A stretch of 64,000 nt of DNA from a virus (taxonomy: Duplodnaviria > Caudoviricetes), in IMG/VR virus record IMGVR_UViG_3300014641_000001, positions 32,001-96,000 of that record; one strand, given 5' to 3'. A program made the translations under genes and the position numbers. Under the pieces are notes generated by a model. The model was not told the origin of the DNA and did not search any database. It saw only the letters and a program-made list of their open reading frames with translations. This document shows positions 48,573 to 60,058 of this stretch, piece by piece (within the stretch, counting starts at the first letter, position 1; each line of letters opens with the position of its first letter).

Positions 48573-51500
48573 CGATCCTTTCCGACTGTAACTTTAAATT
48601 GCCTTGTTCATCTATCTCAGTAATAAGTTGTAGTGTGTGCCTGTAAGCGGAGTCCACATATTTTTTAGGAACAAATTGATCTTCACGTCTGTAGCCCGTC
48701 ACCAATAATTTGTTACCTCTTCCAAACCAAGACTTCTCTAAAACTGTCTTCTTATTACTTTCTTCATCCATTTCCGAAATCTGTTTATCATAGAATCCAA
48801 ACTGACCTTTATAGAATTTAACCGTAACTACACCATTAGGAGTTAATAACGTAATGCTGTGTTTGTTTTTATCTTTATCGAGAACGGTTCCACAGATTCT
48901 TGTAAGTTTAAATCGTGGGCGTTCTTTTCCTCTCCAAACATAATGTTCAGATACTTTTGGTACTTCTGGAAGTGAGTTAAAATCTGAAATCATATATTCT
49001 TGTTTATTTACATGTGCTAATTCATGTTCATGGTAATAAAAACTTAACGAATCCATCTCCCATTTAGAGATTGTTCCTTCTGCCTTTTCAGTCCATGTAC
49101 TTTCAAACCGATTCTTATTCACAACCGCAAGGAACTGTTTGTTGCCAAGTACCTTTGATTTGAAATCTGCCATCAACTTATCGTATTCTCTGTCAATGCT
49201 TCCACGCTTAACCAATATAAAACCATCCTCGTCATACTCATAATCTTTGTTTTCCTGCATATTTGACTCAAAATGCTCAAAGAAAAATGATTCTGAAAAC
49301 TGTCTATCTAGCCTGTAATAATATGTATTAGGCGATTTACCTCTTTTTTCAGCGAGAAAATGATTCGAGAAAATATACTTTCTAAATTTGTAGAGTCTGT
49401 ATTCATACTTCTCTTGCTTTTCTGTAAGCATTCCAATATCATGTAATGTCTGAATGCTATCCATTTGAAGATTAGAAAGCGGATTGGATATCTTTTTGAT
49501 GTAATCTTTCATTATCTCTACTCTATCTTTCTTCTCCAATCTGTCGAAGCAGCCAGCTTTGATCAGAGTAATTACTGCCTTGTCACCAAATTTATTATCC
49601 TTATCTTCATTTTTGTACACATTCATCTTTTTCAAGAAGTCTTCCAAGCTTTCATATGGTTGGTTCTTAATAATCGCTCTCACGATATCTTCACCAACTC
49701 CGCATATTCCCATTAAACCAAAGACAATTTCATCCTCCTCTACGTCTGGTTCAAACCCGAATTTTGCTTTATTGATATTAGGTAACTCTATTTTTTGTCC
49801 CCTGTTTTGTATTTCGCTTATTGCCTTTGCAATTTTGCCGTAGTTTGTAGACTTATTATTCTCGTTGTTTTCGTCTGCACCGGCATTAATTGTTAAGCAA
49901 GCCGTATTCCAAAATATTTTATTGTAGTGATATGCGAGATTCATTTCTTGTAAGCAAATGGCCGAATAAGGAAATGTATGATTCTGGGAGAAGGAATAAC
50001 CAAAACTCTTTTTAAATTGTACATACCACACATATTCGAGCATTTTACTGCTCGTACCTATTTCTTCTCCCTTTTTAAAGAACAACTGTCTTGCTTTTTC
50101 AAGTACATCAGCTTTCTTTTTTGCAATTGATTTTCTAATCATGTTAGCTTCTGCAACCGTGAAGTTCGCAATCTTCTCATCCATAGATAACTTCATTACA
50201 ACTTCCTGTGTCTCAGCTACCCCGTACACGGGTAACAAGTGTGGTTCAAGTGTTTTAATCTCTTCATCTGTTAATCCATAATCTCTCATTTCCTTATACC
50301 AAAGATTTATATCCGCCTTATATTTGATGTAAGTATCAATGGGGGATTCTTCACCTTGCTCTGGCATAAGTCTCATAAGTGAATTTGCTGTTGCTAATTC
50401 GGGTAAAGTGTGTGGCTTAACTTTCTTTGCTGCCTGTGACCCTGTGGGAGTATCAAACTGAAAAGCATCAATTATTTCGTTATTTCCCACCATGTCCCAC
50501 ATTTCTTTCGTGTCATAGTCCAATACGTCGGGATGAATATATTTATCGTATGTAGACTTAATATCACCTTGGTCTTCAAGAACACCCTTTTCTATAAGTA
50601 AATCAATGGCTTTGTGTTCCTTATCCAACCCTAAAATTGTTAAACAATCAAATTTAAGCGCGCCAGTCCAATCCGAATCATGCATATTATAGGCTGTAAT
50701 ATCGGTGCCGTTTGGTGCTTTCATCTTACTGTTGTGTTCTAAATAACCACTGTCGAAGATGTATACTGCCGATGCATGAATGGAACGTCCACACACAAGT
50801 CCTTCAATTAGTAACATAACCTCTTTCAGACCTTCATATTTTTCAACCGCATTTCTAAACTCAGTAACTGGCGGTCTGTTCTTTTCGGTATTTCCCTCAA
50901 AGCAATCTTTTAAAGACCAATTAGATCCTCTTTCAAATGGAATCATGTCTGCGATTGCTTGTGCAGTATCATTATCTAGCCCCCAACCTTTACAGGCTGT
51001 CAACGTACAACTCTTCGTACCTTCTGTTCGTAATGTCAAGGTATTAAGGACATTATCAATACCAAAATACTGTTTCATCAGACTAAATATCTCTTGTCTC
51101 TTGGCCGACTCTGAATCTACATCAATATCAGGAAGTTCCGGTCTTTCTGCGCTCAGGTGCCGCCAATGAGGCAAACCATATTTCATAGGATTCATCTGTG
51201 TTATTCCTATTGCATATGCCATAAGAAATCCTGTAACAGAACCTCTTGCTACACCTACATAAGATACCTTCCACATAATTTCATTGATGATTCGTTGTAC
51301 AAGAACATAATATGTAGCCAATCTCATACCAATTTTTTCTGAAATATTCCATACCTCACCTAGTTCAGCGTCTAGTCTGGACACAACTGCTTCTCTATAT
51401 TGAAGTTTTTTGGTGATGATTGACTGCTCAATCATGTACATCAGATACTTTTCTTGCTTGTCATCGCTTTCAGCAAACTTCTTTATGTACTTATATTTAG

Positions 51501-52629
51501 GATAGAATTCTTTAAACACATGTCTCAACTCCACGTCTGGAATTGACTTATCGCTTGGAACAATAACTGAATGACTAAGATCGTAAGTTTCAATTATGTG
51601 GTGCATTTTCATTGTGTTGGCAAAGCCGGTAACAATTTCTTCTTCTGTGAGGTGTGAACTCAGTAAATCATGCAATTCCTGAACATCCATCATATAAGTT
51701 GTTGCGTAGAAATCGCCTAATTCTCGATTGCTTACATTATCTTCGTCTGCTTTTAGATATGCTTCGTGAACTGGTCTGTGTTCCTTTTTTAAATAATGGC
51801 TATCCGTAGCAAATGAATAATCAATTCCGTATGCCTTAGACAGCATAATCAACTTTTGATTGACAATAATTTGAGGATGTGTTTCTTGTAGCGACTCTTG
51901 TGGGATTTCTAATGTTGGTTGCAACTCCAAGAAAAAATTCTCTTTGCCAAATACGTTAATTCCCCATGTAATATATTCATGAATCTGTCTCTTTGCTGCA
52001 ACATTGCCGTCTCTAAAAAACGACAGCACATAATTTGGTAACTCCCCACCCAAACAGGCCGTGGTGGCAATAATATTGCCTTTCTCATCTCCGATTATCT
52101 CTTCTAATTCACTTTTAACAGTAGGTACACGTTCCATTTTCCCTTGCCGGTACCAATTCTTCCACGCACTTTCAGACGATATTTTTTTTATTTGCTCATA
52201 TCCTTTTGCGTTCTTTGCTATTAAAATGAAATGCCAAAACTTTGTAACACCTGATTCGTAGTTTTCTTTTACGTCTGCTATGTCATTGATAAGATAAATC
52301 TCATTACCTAATCCCAACTTGAAATCATCGTCCATTACTTCAAGATATTTCAGATTCTTTTGAATGTCTTTATCTTCTGCAATGGCTATTTCGTCATTCT
52401 CGCTTTTAAGTTTCTTATATTTATTATGTAGGCATTTCAACTCCTGAAATCGTTGCATTATCCTAATATGAGAGGAAACACTTTCATGCTCAGTAATGCT
52501 TACGCCTTTGTACCTTAGTTCTACTGCTCTATTTACTATATCCTCTGCCCTGATAATACAATCCTTTAATCGAAAATTAGAGTCTTCCGAATGATTATGG
52601 TTGGACATAAAATCGTAAATTGTATTCAT
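48556..52629 (-). CDS. dnaE: DNA polymerase III alpha subunit
   Basis: PHP domain HNHS, RGS, PDIDVD, KFDCL, GYSFSQNH, OB fold. Confidence 0.95.
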   Translation of the reverse strand: MNTIYDFMSNHNHSEDSNFRLKDCIIRAEDIVNRAVELRYKGVSITEHESVSSHIRIMQRFQELKCLHNKYKKLKSENDEIAIAEDKDIQKNLKYLEVMDDDFKLGLGNEIYLINDIADVKENYESGVTKFWHFILIAKNAKGYEQIKKISSESAWKNWYRQGKMERVPTVKSELEEIIGDEKGNIIATTACLGGELPNYVLSFFRDGNVAAKRQIHEYITWGINVFGKENFFLELQPTLEIPQESLQETHPQIIVNQKLIMLSKAYGIDYSFATDSHYLKKEHRPVHEAYLKADEDNVSNRELGDFYATTYMMDVQELHDLLSSHLTEEEIVTGFANTMKMHHIIETYDLSHSVIVPSDKSIPDVELRHVFKEFYPKYKYIKKFAESDDKQEKYLMYMIEQSIITKKLQYREAVVSRLDAELGEVWNISEKIGMRLATYYVLVQRIINEIMWKVSYVGVARGSVTGFLMAYAIGITQMNPMKYGLPHWRHLSAERPELPDIDVDSESAKRQEIFSLMKQYFGIDNVLNTLTLRTEGTKSCTLTACKGWGLDNDTAQAIADMIPFERGSNWSLKDCFEGNTEKNRPPVTEFRNAVEKYEGLKEVMLLIEGLVCGRSIHASAVYIFDSGYLEHNSKMKAPNGTDITAYNMHDSDWTGALKFDCLTILGLDKEHKAIDLLIEKGVLEDQGDIKSTYDKYIHPDVLDYDTKEMWDMVGNNEIIDAFQFDTPTGSQAAKKVKPHTLPELATANSLMRLMPEQGEESPIDTYIKYKADINLWYKEMRDYGLTDEEIKTLEPHLLPVYGVAETQEVVMKLSMDEKIANFTVAEANMIRKSIAKKKADVLEKARQLFFKKGEEIGTSSKMLEYVWYVQFKKSFGYSFSQNHTFPYSAICLQEMNLAYHYNKIFWNTACLTINAGADENNENNKSTNYGKIAKAISEIQNRGQKIELPNINKAKFGFEPDVEEDEIVFGLMGICGVGEDIVRAIIKNQPYESLEDFLKKMNVYKNEDKDNKFGDKAVITLIKAGCFDRLEKKDRVEIMKDYIKKISNPLSNLQMDSIQTLHDIGMLTEKQEKYEYRLYKFRKYIFSNHFLAEKRGKSPNTYYYRLDRQFSESFFFEHFESNMQENKDYEYDEDGFILVKRGSIDREYDKLMADFKSKVLGNKQFLAVVNKNRFESTWTEKAEGTISKWEMDSLSFYYHEHELAHVNKQEYMISDFNSLPEVPKVSEHYVWRGKERPRFKLTRICGTVLDKDKNKHSITLLTPNGVVTVKFYKGQFGFYDKQISEMDEESNKKTVLEKSWFGRGNKLLVTGYRREDQFVPKKYVDSAYRHTLQLITEIDEQGNLKLQSERIGEEDE

Positions 52630-52643
52630 GCTCCCTCTCTTTC

Positions 52644-54485
52644 TTAGAATAGGAAATCGTCTTCCAGTGTAATGTTGTTTTTACTTGTAGGATTATATTC
52701 TTCACTTTCGAAATACTTAATTTTTACTTGTGGGTATCTCTGACCTTCCCATTCATTTAATGTGAATGTACCGATAATCGTCATGTGTAATGTTTTCTTG
52801 TTCTCGCCCAACATACTTCTGTCTCTTAAGGTCATTGACTCAAATTCACCCTTGCAACAATATTTTTTAATATAGTCCACATTGTTGTATGAAAACTTGA
52901 TAAACCCACTGTTATCGCCATACCCGTTAATATCTTTGGCTGGAATTTCAATATTGGTGATAGCAAATACAGGTTCATTTACTCCCTTTCCCCATATCTC
53001 ATATGAATCAGCCACTTTCATGACCTGTTGAGGTGTGAGAATATTGCCGTCAATTTCATAATCAACTTCATGAATTGTTACAAGATCATCCAGTTTCAGT
53101 TTCTTATTACATTCTGCAATAGCCATTGGCAAGTTCTTTTTCTTCAATGTGATACCGAATGCGCCGGCATGTCCTAAACAATCATCAAAAGCATTTGTTT
53201 CTAAAAGAAATTGACGGAAATCATCAATCACACCCTTGTCATATCCTCGACCAGAACCGCCAAAAGTATCTGAATCTTTGTCTTTCAAGATAACAACGGG
53301 TCGCTGATACTTCTCTGCTAACTTATTTGCTACTAACCCGGTTACTGTTTTCTTCGTGAGAATATTCGTACCATCTACTATGATTACACTATTCTTAAAA
53401 AGTTCCTGTTTTTGGATAGCATCATCAATATCTTTCATGAAGGTTCTTACATCTTTATCCTGTCGAGACTTAATATTCGTACACACTCTTGCCATTGTTT
53501 TTTGTAATGAGTGAATCTCGATAGGTGGTTTTGGACTATCCTTGCCAGCTCCTTTTGGTCTTCTTGGTTGATACTCTCTATCTTCTATTTCTCCACAAAT
53601 AGCTCTAAACAAATCAATTTGTTCATCTTCCTTACCATAGCGAATTGCCCCGTTTAATTTTGGTGCAATTACCCAGCCATAAGTTGTTAGCGTATGACCG
53701 ATTTTCATTTCTTCTTCGTTCTGAATTGCTAATTCTTTAATAAGTAGATTGTGTCTGTTTTCTTCTTTGAGTCCCTCTAAAGCATAGTATCTTGTCTCAA
53801 AATTCCTCATGTCCATTGAATCCGCTATTAAACCTAAAGAAACTAAATCAAGATAATAATTGCACACTTCTTCCTTGATACCGTATTCCTTTGCATACGC
53901 TAAACAAAATTTATGTACTACACCGACACCTGACAATGTTGGATTAGGATATTCGCCATCAGTACAATTAATCAATGTTGAGTATTTATACTGTTCCTTG
54001 ACTATCTCATGGTGATCTAAAATGAGAATTGGTACATTACCAAACTCATAAATATCCTCTCCCTTTTCATTCTTGTCTGGTGTCAGAGACGCATCTGGAA
54101 CAATAATCAAATCCAAATCATCAAATTCTGCGTAATCAGATGGCTTTAATCCATGCTCTTTATTAATATTTACCTTATATACAATTTCAACTAAAGGGCA
54201 AATCTGTTCAATAAATTGCTTAATATAGGCAGCACTTGTAATTCCATCAACATCACAGTCTGGTTTTAGAAAAATCTTTGGATTTTCATTTCCTAAAACT
54301 TTATGTAAAAGCTCAATTCCCTCTTTCATATTTCTAAATAAGAATGGGTCATATATATTGCTTTTGTTTACGTGTAGAAATCCATATATATCATCTACTC
54401 CATTTGCTGCTAATATTGTTTCCAAGAAATCGCATTCTTTGTTAAATGCAACTTTATGAGCAGTATTCCATAATAATCTATTCAA
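52644..54485 (-). CDS. recJ: RecJ-like DHH single-strand exonuclease
   Basis: DCDVDG, ILDHH, LSGVGV, GSGRG, GHAGAFG. Confidence 0.9.
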   Translation of the reverse strand: MNRLLWNTAHKVAFNKECDFLETILAANGVDDIYGFLHVNKSNIYDPFLFRNMKEGIELLHKVLGNENPKIFLKPDCDVDGITSAAYIKQFIEQICPLVEIVYKVNINKEHGLKPSDYAEFDDLDLIIVPDASLTPDKNEKGEDIYEFGNVPILILDHHEIVKEQYKYSTLINCTDGEYPNPTLSGVGVVHKFCLAYAKEYGIKEEVCNYYLDLVSLGLIADSMDMRNFETRYYALEGLKEENRHNLLIKELAIQNEEEMKIGHTLTTYGWVIAPKLNGAIRYGKEDEQIDLFRAICGEIEDREYQPRRPKGAGKDSPKPPIEIHSLQKTMARVCTNIKSRQDKDVRTFMKDIDDAIQKQELFKNSVIIVDGTNILTKKTVTGLVANKLAEKYQRPVVILKDKDSDTFGGSGRGYDKGVIDDFRQFLLETNAFDDCLGHAGAFGITLKKKNLPMAIAECNKKLKLDDLVTIHEVDYEIDGNILTPQQVMKVADSYEIWGKGVNEPVFAITNIEIPAKDINGYGDNSGFIKFSYNNVDYIKKYCCKGEFESMTLRDRSMLGENKKTLHMTIIGTFTLNEWEGQRYPQVKIKYFESEEYNPTSKNNITLEDDFLF

Positions 54486-55606
54486 TCTATATTTTCTTCC
54501 TCTCTTTCAGTGTTAATCTCAATCTTATTTTTCATAAGGGTTTCCAACACTTCTTTACCCCTGTCAAAAGGTGACATTTTTTTATCAAGCAGTCCCAGGT
54601 TGTCCCACAGCACATAAGTTTTACAATATGGTGTAAACTTGTGTGCTAGAGAACAAATTCGATTAACAAAACGTTCATACTTCTTATACTCTTCACTATC
54701 TGGATCATAATCTTCAAATTCGGTGGGCGAAAAGTCCTTATCATATCCTAATATGACTTCCTCTACTCCAAGACTGAGAAGTACGTCTCTGTGCCAATTG
54801 CTAATATTGAATCCACAGGTTGCAACTACAAAAGCATCTTTACCATAATAATCGTGAGCTAACATCACTGATTTTTCTGATTCCACAATCAACACTTTCT
54901 TTGTCTTCTTGATGCCTTTTATATGTTTATCTAAACCATACAAGTTCATATTTAATGAATGCGTATACGTTATTCCCTGAATTGTCTCTGGCATATATTT
55001 ATTCTTGGTGTCCTTCTCTTGCAAACTTCTACGTCTTATGCCAACTAATTCTCCGTTGAGATTCGTGTGCGGAATAATAATATGTTTTTGCAATTCATAC
55101 CAACGAATACCAAATTCTTTCATCGTTTTAATGCTTATACCTTCGCTAATCCATCCAGTATAAAAAACGTCTTCCTCAAAATACCTAAGAATATTTGTCT
55201 CTATTTTAGGTAGTTGCTTTAATTCCTTTTTGATATGTCTTCGTATCTGAATATATTTATCAATCTTCATAAGTTCCTGATTGATTGAAATATACCTTGT
55301 ATTAAATCCATATCTATTGCTGATTCCCATTTCATTAGCGACAAACGATATTGCTTCTGGAAATGTGCAGTTTTTTACTTTCATAACGAAGTTAAATAAA
55401 CTCATCTGACCACAATTTGTGTAGCAATAAAACGATTTGCTCTCTCTGAAATAACAAAGTTTATGACTGTTACCGCCATGGCAGATGGTTTGGAGCCATA
55501 TCTCTTTATCCTTTACTGCGCCGAAAGGAACTGCACCAAACCTTTCCAACATACTTAAAATCTGTTCTTCAGTGATATGTTCCAGTAGATAATCCTTATC
55601 TATCAA
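54482..55606 (-). CDS. dnaG: DNA primase
   Basis: CH..C..C zinc-binding domain; TOPRIM VESEKS, GYDKD. Confidence 0.85.
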   Translation of the reverse strand: MIDKDYLLEHITEEQILSMLERFGAVPFGAVKDKEIWLQTICHGGNSHKLCYFRESKSFYCYTNCGQMSLFNFVMKVKNCTFPEAISFVANEMGISNRYGFNTRYISINQELMKIDKYIQIRRHIKKELKQLPKIETNILRYFEEDVFYTGWISEGISIKTMKEFGIRWYELQKHIIIPHTNLNGELVGIRRRSLQEKDTKNKYMPETIQGITYTHSLNMNLYGLDKHIKGIKKTKKVLIVESEKSVMLAHDYYGKDAFVVATCGFNISNWHRDVLLSLGVEEVILGYDKDFSPTEFEDYDPDSEEYKKYERFVNRICSLAHKFTPYCKTYVLWDNLGLLDKKMSPFDRGKEVLETLMKNKIEINTEREEENID

Positions 55607-55617
55607 GTTATCACCTC

Positions 55618-57249
55618 TTAAAATTCTATTTCCTTTGTTGCATCTTCCTCAATTACTAGGTTATCTACCGGGTTGACTGTTGCCTTATCCGTGGCATAGC
55701 TTTCGTCCTCTATATTTATGTATGTCTTTTCAATATCTTTGATTAGTTTGTACTCATAGTCAGTAACAAATAAATCGTGTGTTCTCATGGTTCCGTAATC
55801 TATGTAAAGCCAAATTTTTATTTTGTTCCATTTACCGCCTCTATTTTTATACAAAGAGTAAACCAAATTAGGTGTTGGCTTATTCAACATTTCACGAAGA
55901 ATAGGCTCGATCTTTTTTAATTCCTTCTCCGATGGTGGCATTGCGATCATTGCTCCATCACATTTGTCAATTATTGATTTTGCACCTCTTACAATTGTCT
56001 GGTCACGATTAGCCTCATTCTTAAAATCCCCCGTTACCTGTGTAAATGAATCAATAGACACATCAAATTCCCTACTAAAATTTTTTAATTTCTTTGAGAG
56101 ATTTGACAACACCTGGTCTTCTCTTACAACCATTTTGGTTTTGGATTCCGCTGCATATTCACTATTCAGTTCTACAGTTGCACTAATATAGTCAAACCAT
56201 ACATATCCAATATTATGCTCTAGTTTGTGATGCTCAATTACTTCTGATAAAGTGTTTGCATCATATTCTGGTACATACTCAAACCAAATATTTGCTTCGT
56301 GTTCCAAAATATCAATTGCTTTGTCTACTCTTTCTTCTTCCCCCTCTTCATAGAGGTTAAATTCGATATGATCTTGTGGTACGTCTGCTATATAAGCCCA
56401 TAGAATAGGGTCAATCTCCTCCAAAAGTTCCATTTCTGTCCCAATATATAAAGCACCATTTTTTGTTCCATTTGGATTCTTGCACCATTTGTCCAATCTC
56501 TTGTCATAGTAGTACGGCGCACAAGCATATCCAATATCAGCAATACTCGTTCTGGTCTTTCCAACTCCTGTTCCAGCAGATTTTACATTAAATCTTCGTT
56601 TTCTCAACCCATGCAAAATTGTAGTAAGGTACGCACTCGAATATCCTAATCCCCATGCTGTATCATTCTTCCATTTTTCTTTCTGCCCATGACCACCTAC
56701 ACCAGCTTTTTTAGAATCCCTACCTTCTGTATTAAGGAATGGAGCAATAATCTTAGACTGTTTTTTCTTAAAGTGATTGATAATATCCTGAATAGAGTAC
56801 TCATCAAGCATTTTCCTTTGTGATTCAATGGTCACTGGGTCAATCTCGTCTGGATCATAGAAATCAGAAACATTAATGCCATTCTCAACATAACTTCTAA
56901 GAAGAGAAAACTTTTTCAATTGGTCGAAATAATACCTAAAATTATTCAGCATTGCCATTTCTTGTACCTTTTCAAGAAATTCAATACCGTTATTCTTCAC
57001 AAATACTTGGTACTGTGTTTCATAATGCGAAAGGTATTCATCAATAGCAACCGAATCTACTACCTCTGCTCCCTTTTTAAACAGATTGTTAATGGATGCA
57101 AATATCAGCTTATGAAAGGTTTCTGGGAAGTCGTTTTGTACAATTTTATACTCTCTAATCAAAGAAGGCTCTTGTAATAACCCGCCGATAATTTCTCTTA
57201 CGGCTTGTTTGCTTTGATAACTATTTAATTTACTTTTATTCAAGTGCAA
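55618..57249 (-). CDS. dnaB: Replicative DnaB-like helicase
   Basis: AGTGVGKT, TEM, FDYI, Q, YKNRGG. Confidence 0.88.
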   Translation of the reverse strand: MHLNKSKLNSYQSKQAVREIIGGLLQEPSLIREYKIVQNDFPETFHKLIFASINNLFKKGAEVVDSVAIDEYLSHYETQYQVFVKNNGIEFLEKVQEMAMLNNFRYYFDQLKKFSLLRSYVENGINVSDFYDPDEIDPVTIESQRKMLDEYSIQDIINHFKKKQSKIIAPFLNTEGRDSKKAGVGGHGQKEKWKNDTAWGLGYSSAYLTTILHGLRKRRFNVKSAGTGVGKTRTSIADIGYACAPYYYDKRLDKWCKNPNGTKNGALYIGTEMELLEEIDPILWAYIADVPQDHIEFNLYEEGEEERVDKAIDILEHEANIWFEYVPEYDANTLSEVIEHHKLEHNIGYVWFDYISATVELNSEYAAESKTKMVVREDQVLSNLSKKLKNFSREFDVSIDSFTQVTGDFKNEANRDQTIVRGAKSIIDKCDGAMIAMPPSEKELKKIEPILREMLNKPTPNLVYSLYKNRGGKWNKIKIWLYIDYGTMRTHDLFVTDYEYKLIKDIEKTYINIEDESYATDKATVNPVDNLVIEEDATKEIEF

Positions 57250-57259
57250 CTTTGTCCTT

Positions 57260-57754
57260 TCATATTTTGTCTATATCAATAAGTGCTATATCCTCGTACA
57301 AATTCTTACTTTCGTTGCTACGTTTTACCTTGATAATTCTCTTGTTCGATGCTATATTTTCAAGACTTAATTCAGTAACACTGTCTCTCACTGCTTTCTT
57401 GTCTACATAAAATCTTTTCGCATCGTCATACACAAAAGGGATGATACCAATTCCCATACTGTCAGCGGTATCATGCCCTTCTTGAATCTCATAGAAGAAA
57501 TTTAGCGTGGTCTTCATGCCTCTATATGTATAATGGAACTGCTCTTTGAAGTCTTTTATTTGTTTCAACATCCAACCTGTCGGAGCATCTATTTCATATA
57601 GTTCACATATATAGGCAATCAAATCTTTATAGTCTTGCGACTCACGCATCTTATTATCGTAGCAAATTTTACAGTAGTATTTGGAGTTATGGTATATAGC
57701 ATTTTCCTTGTCATTGAAAGTTCCACATTCAGGACACTTTACTTTTCTAGCCAT
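57260..57754 (-). CDS. Zn-finger replication-associated protein
   Basis: CPEC...YCKIC; GIGIIPFVYD; syntenic with SPbeta-type replication block. Confidence 0.65.
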   Translation of the reverse strand: MARKVKCPECGTFNDKENAIYHNSKYYCKICYDNKMRESQDYKDLIAYICELYEIDAPTGWMLKQIKDFKEQFHYTYRGMKTTLNFFYEIQEGHDTADSMGIGIIPFVYDDAKRFYVDKKAVRDSVTELSLENIASNKRIIKVKRSNESKNLYEDIALIDIDKI

Positions 57755-57773
57755 CCAAAACTACCAGTCCTTT

Positions 57774-58796
57774 CTACTCTTCGATTAACATGGCTTCCTC
57801 TTTAATCAAATCCTGCAAATCATCGAGAATCAACATGAGCAAATCAATCTGTGTAGCATCGCAATCTCTAACAAGTTTACCTTTTCCAAGTCTGGTATTC
57901 GTGACAGACTGATACTTGTCCATTGCTCCCTGCTCGTTTAAAGCCTTTGCGATTTTGCCGATTTTGCCAACTGTTTCTTTGAAATCAGCAACTTCGGTCT
58001 GATCTTTATATACATCAATAGGTTTGTCAGATACTTTTGCTCCATCTTCTTTTTCTAACTTGTCAATTGCTTGCTGCATATCTTCAAGTAATGCAGTATA
58101 TGTGAATGGAATCTTAGCTGACATATACTTATTTCTTGAACCAGCTTCCAACTCTTTGCTGCCTCTTAGATACAGAACCATTCTATTTTCGCCACTTTCA
58201 GTAGGTTCAAATGTAGAATATCCGATAACATCAACAAGTCTTGCAAGCACTTTCAGACCTCTTTTATCTACTGTTGGCTGAGTTTTATCATACTTTTCAC
58301 CATTCTCTTTAATCTGCTTTGTATCACTATGAGAAATTACAACTAATGTGTATCCAGCTTTTACGATATCCTGGAAATATGCGTCATATTCTCTTTCCAC
58401 TGCCTTGTATCCACGCTTAGATTCTGTTTCATCAAGGTAATCAACGCCCTCTTTAGCAAGAATGTATGCTTCGCACATGTCGTATGCTAAGTCCGCGGTA
58501 TCCACAATTACTGTCTTAAATACTGTTTCATCCTTTTCCCCGTCTTCAACAGCTTTTGCGTCCTTCAGCAACTGTTTCTTAACGTCTAGTGCTTCTTTCC
58601 ACTTATTAATTGGCTGCGCCATTACGCCTGATAACATGTTGTACCCTTTTTCAAAAGCCACAAGAATAGGCTTTGGGAACTTAACAGCATTACTTGTTTT
58701 TCCTGACTTCTTATCTCCATAAATCAAAAATGATTTACCACTTAAATCTCTACTAATTACACTTGGTTTAATTCCAAAAATATCAATTCCTGCCAT
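57774..58796 (-). CDS. AAA-family ATPase (Sak4/AAA_24-like)
   Basis: YGDKKSGKT, VIVDT, ISH. Confidence 0.8.
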   Translation of the reverse strand: MAGIDIFGIKPSVISRDLSGKSFLIYGDKKSGKTSNAVKFPKPILVAFEKGYNMLSGVMAQPINKWKEALDVKKQLLKDAKAVEDGEKDETVFKTVIVDTADLAYDMCEAYILAKEGVDYLDETESKRGYKAVEREYDAYFQDIVKAGYTLVVISHSDTKQIKENGEKYDKTQPTVDKRGLKVLARLVDVIGYSTFEPTESGENRMVLYLRGSKELEAGSRNKYMSAKIPFTYTALLEDMQQAIDKLEKEDGAKVSDKPIDVYKDQTEVADFKETVGKIGKIAKALNEQGAMDKYQSVTNTRLGKGKLVRDCDATQIDLLMLILDDLQDLIKEEAMLIEE

Positions 58797-58851
58797 TTAA
58801 AGATCTCCTTTATGTATGTTATTTGTTATTATATTATGGGGAAGAGAGTGC

Positions 58852-59769
58852 CTAGAAAGGCATCTCATCGTCTGTTACTGGTGCTGGTTTTGAATTAGAT
58901 GAGGTTCCACCAATTGCTTTGCCAGATTTGTTTCCACCCTGATATCCCTTTTCTTCAAGTTCTTTCAGCATTGCCTTTCTCTCAGCTAAAGCAATTCTGA
59001 TTGCTTCCTTGGATAACGCGCCTTCTTCATCTTCTTCAATCGCAGGATCAGCTCCTGTCAGAACCATTTCAACATAGGACTTTCCTTCAGTTTCTCTCTG
59101 AACACCAAGTCCGCCTTTTTTCTTCGGTTTGGGTTCTGCTTTATTCAATGCGAAATCAATATAAACCTTAGCCGTCTGTCCTACTTCGTATGCATCTTCA
59201 AATCCTTCTTTCAATTCAGCAGGTACAACAATGTTTTTAATTGGAATAATATTCCCAAAGAAATCTGTTGTAAGAATTGTCACTCTTAAACGGCCAGTTT
59301 CATCTTTATCCTCACCCTTTGTCTCTGGATTAATTGACTGGATATATCCTTCAATATCAGCAGTCCCCTTATAGTTGCCATCAACATCGTTGAAAAAAGC
59401 TGCATCAATCTTTGTTGCTTCGATTAACTTCTCTTCTGCATTTACATAGTCGTTGTTAGCGAAACTTCCGGAAATACTAACCTCTGTTGCTTCGTCGTAA
59501 GAAGAATCTGCAACAGATCTAACCTTGTTTGCCCACTCAACAACCTTTGGATAAGCCTTATTTTCTTTCTTCTTACCATCTTTTTCACTGTACTCCTGAC
59601 AGAACTTTTCAAAGTGTCTACTTTCAGCTTTAGAATCGCCAAACTGAATTACGCCTTTCACACTAATATAAGGAATACCAGCTTTTGTCTTAGCTTCCTT
59701 TTTCTCGAATTCTGCTACCTTACCTGTAAGTACCACATTGTTTACTGTCTGTTTGATCTTGTCACTCAT
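58852..59769 (-). CDS. Phage single-stranded DNA-binding protein
   Basis: NNVVLTGKV OB fold; acidic C-terminal DDEMPF. Confidence 0.75.
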   Translation of the reverse strand: MSDKIKQTVNNVVLTGKVAEFEKKEAKTKAGIPYISVKGVIQFGDSKAESRHFEKFCQEYSEKDGKKKENKAYPKVVEWANKVRSVADSSYDEATEVSISGSFANNDYVNAEEKLIEATKIDAAFFNDVDGNYKGTADIEGYIQSINPETKGEDKDETGRLRVTILTTDFFGNIIPIKNIVVPAELKEGFEDAYEVGQTAKVYIDFALNKAEPKPKKKGGLGVQRETEGKSYVEMVLTGADPAIEEDEEGALSKEAIRIALAERKAMLKELEEKGYQGGNKSGKAIGGTSSNSKPAPVTDDEMPF

Positions 59770-60058
59770 TAAATAAATTACCTCCGTTAAATAAAATTTT
59801 TGTATGTTAAATATGTAAAATATAAAAACATCTATTACTTCAACGTCCTCCTGGACGGAACATAGAAAATCACTCTATAATGAAAAATCTATGTCAAAAT
59901 AGCTGTTTATGAGCGAACTCTCCCAAGGGTGAGCTATTTCAGCACCCGTACAGATATTCTCTGTTTAGTTTTAATTTGTTAATGGGAATTTTGATTACCA
60001 GAATTTATGTATGTGTTTTCCATCTCGTCGGCCGCCAAACCGAGGCGATAGGGTGTTA

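Noticed and set aside
28068-57249. Inteins or introns in nrdD, ligA, dnaE, dnaB
   Set aside because: ORFs are continuous, of expected size, with no splice motifs noticed.
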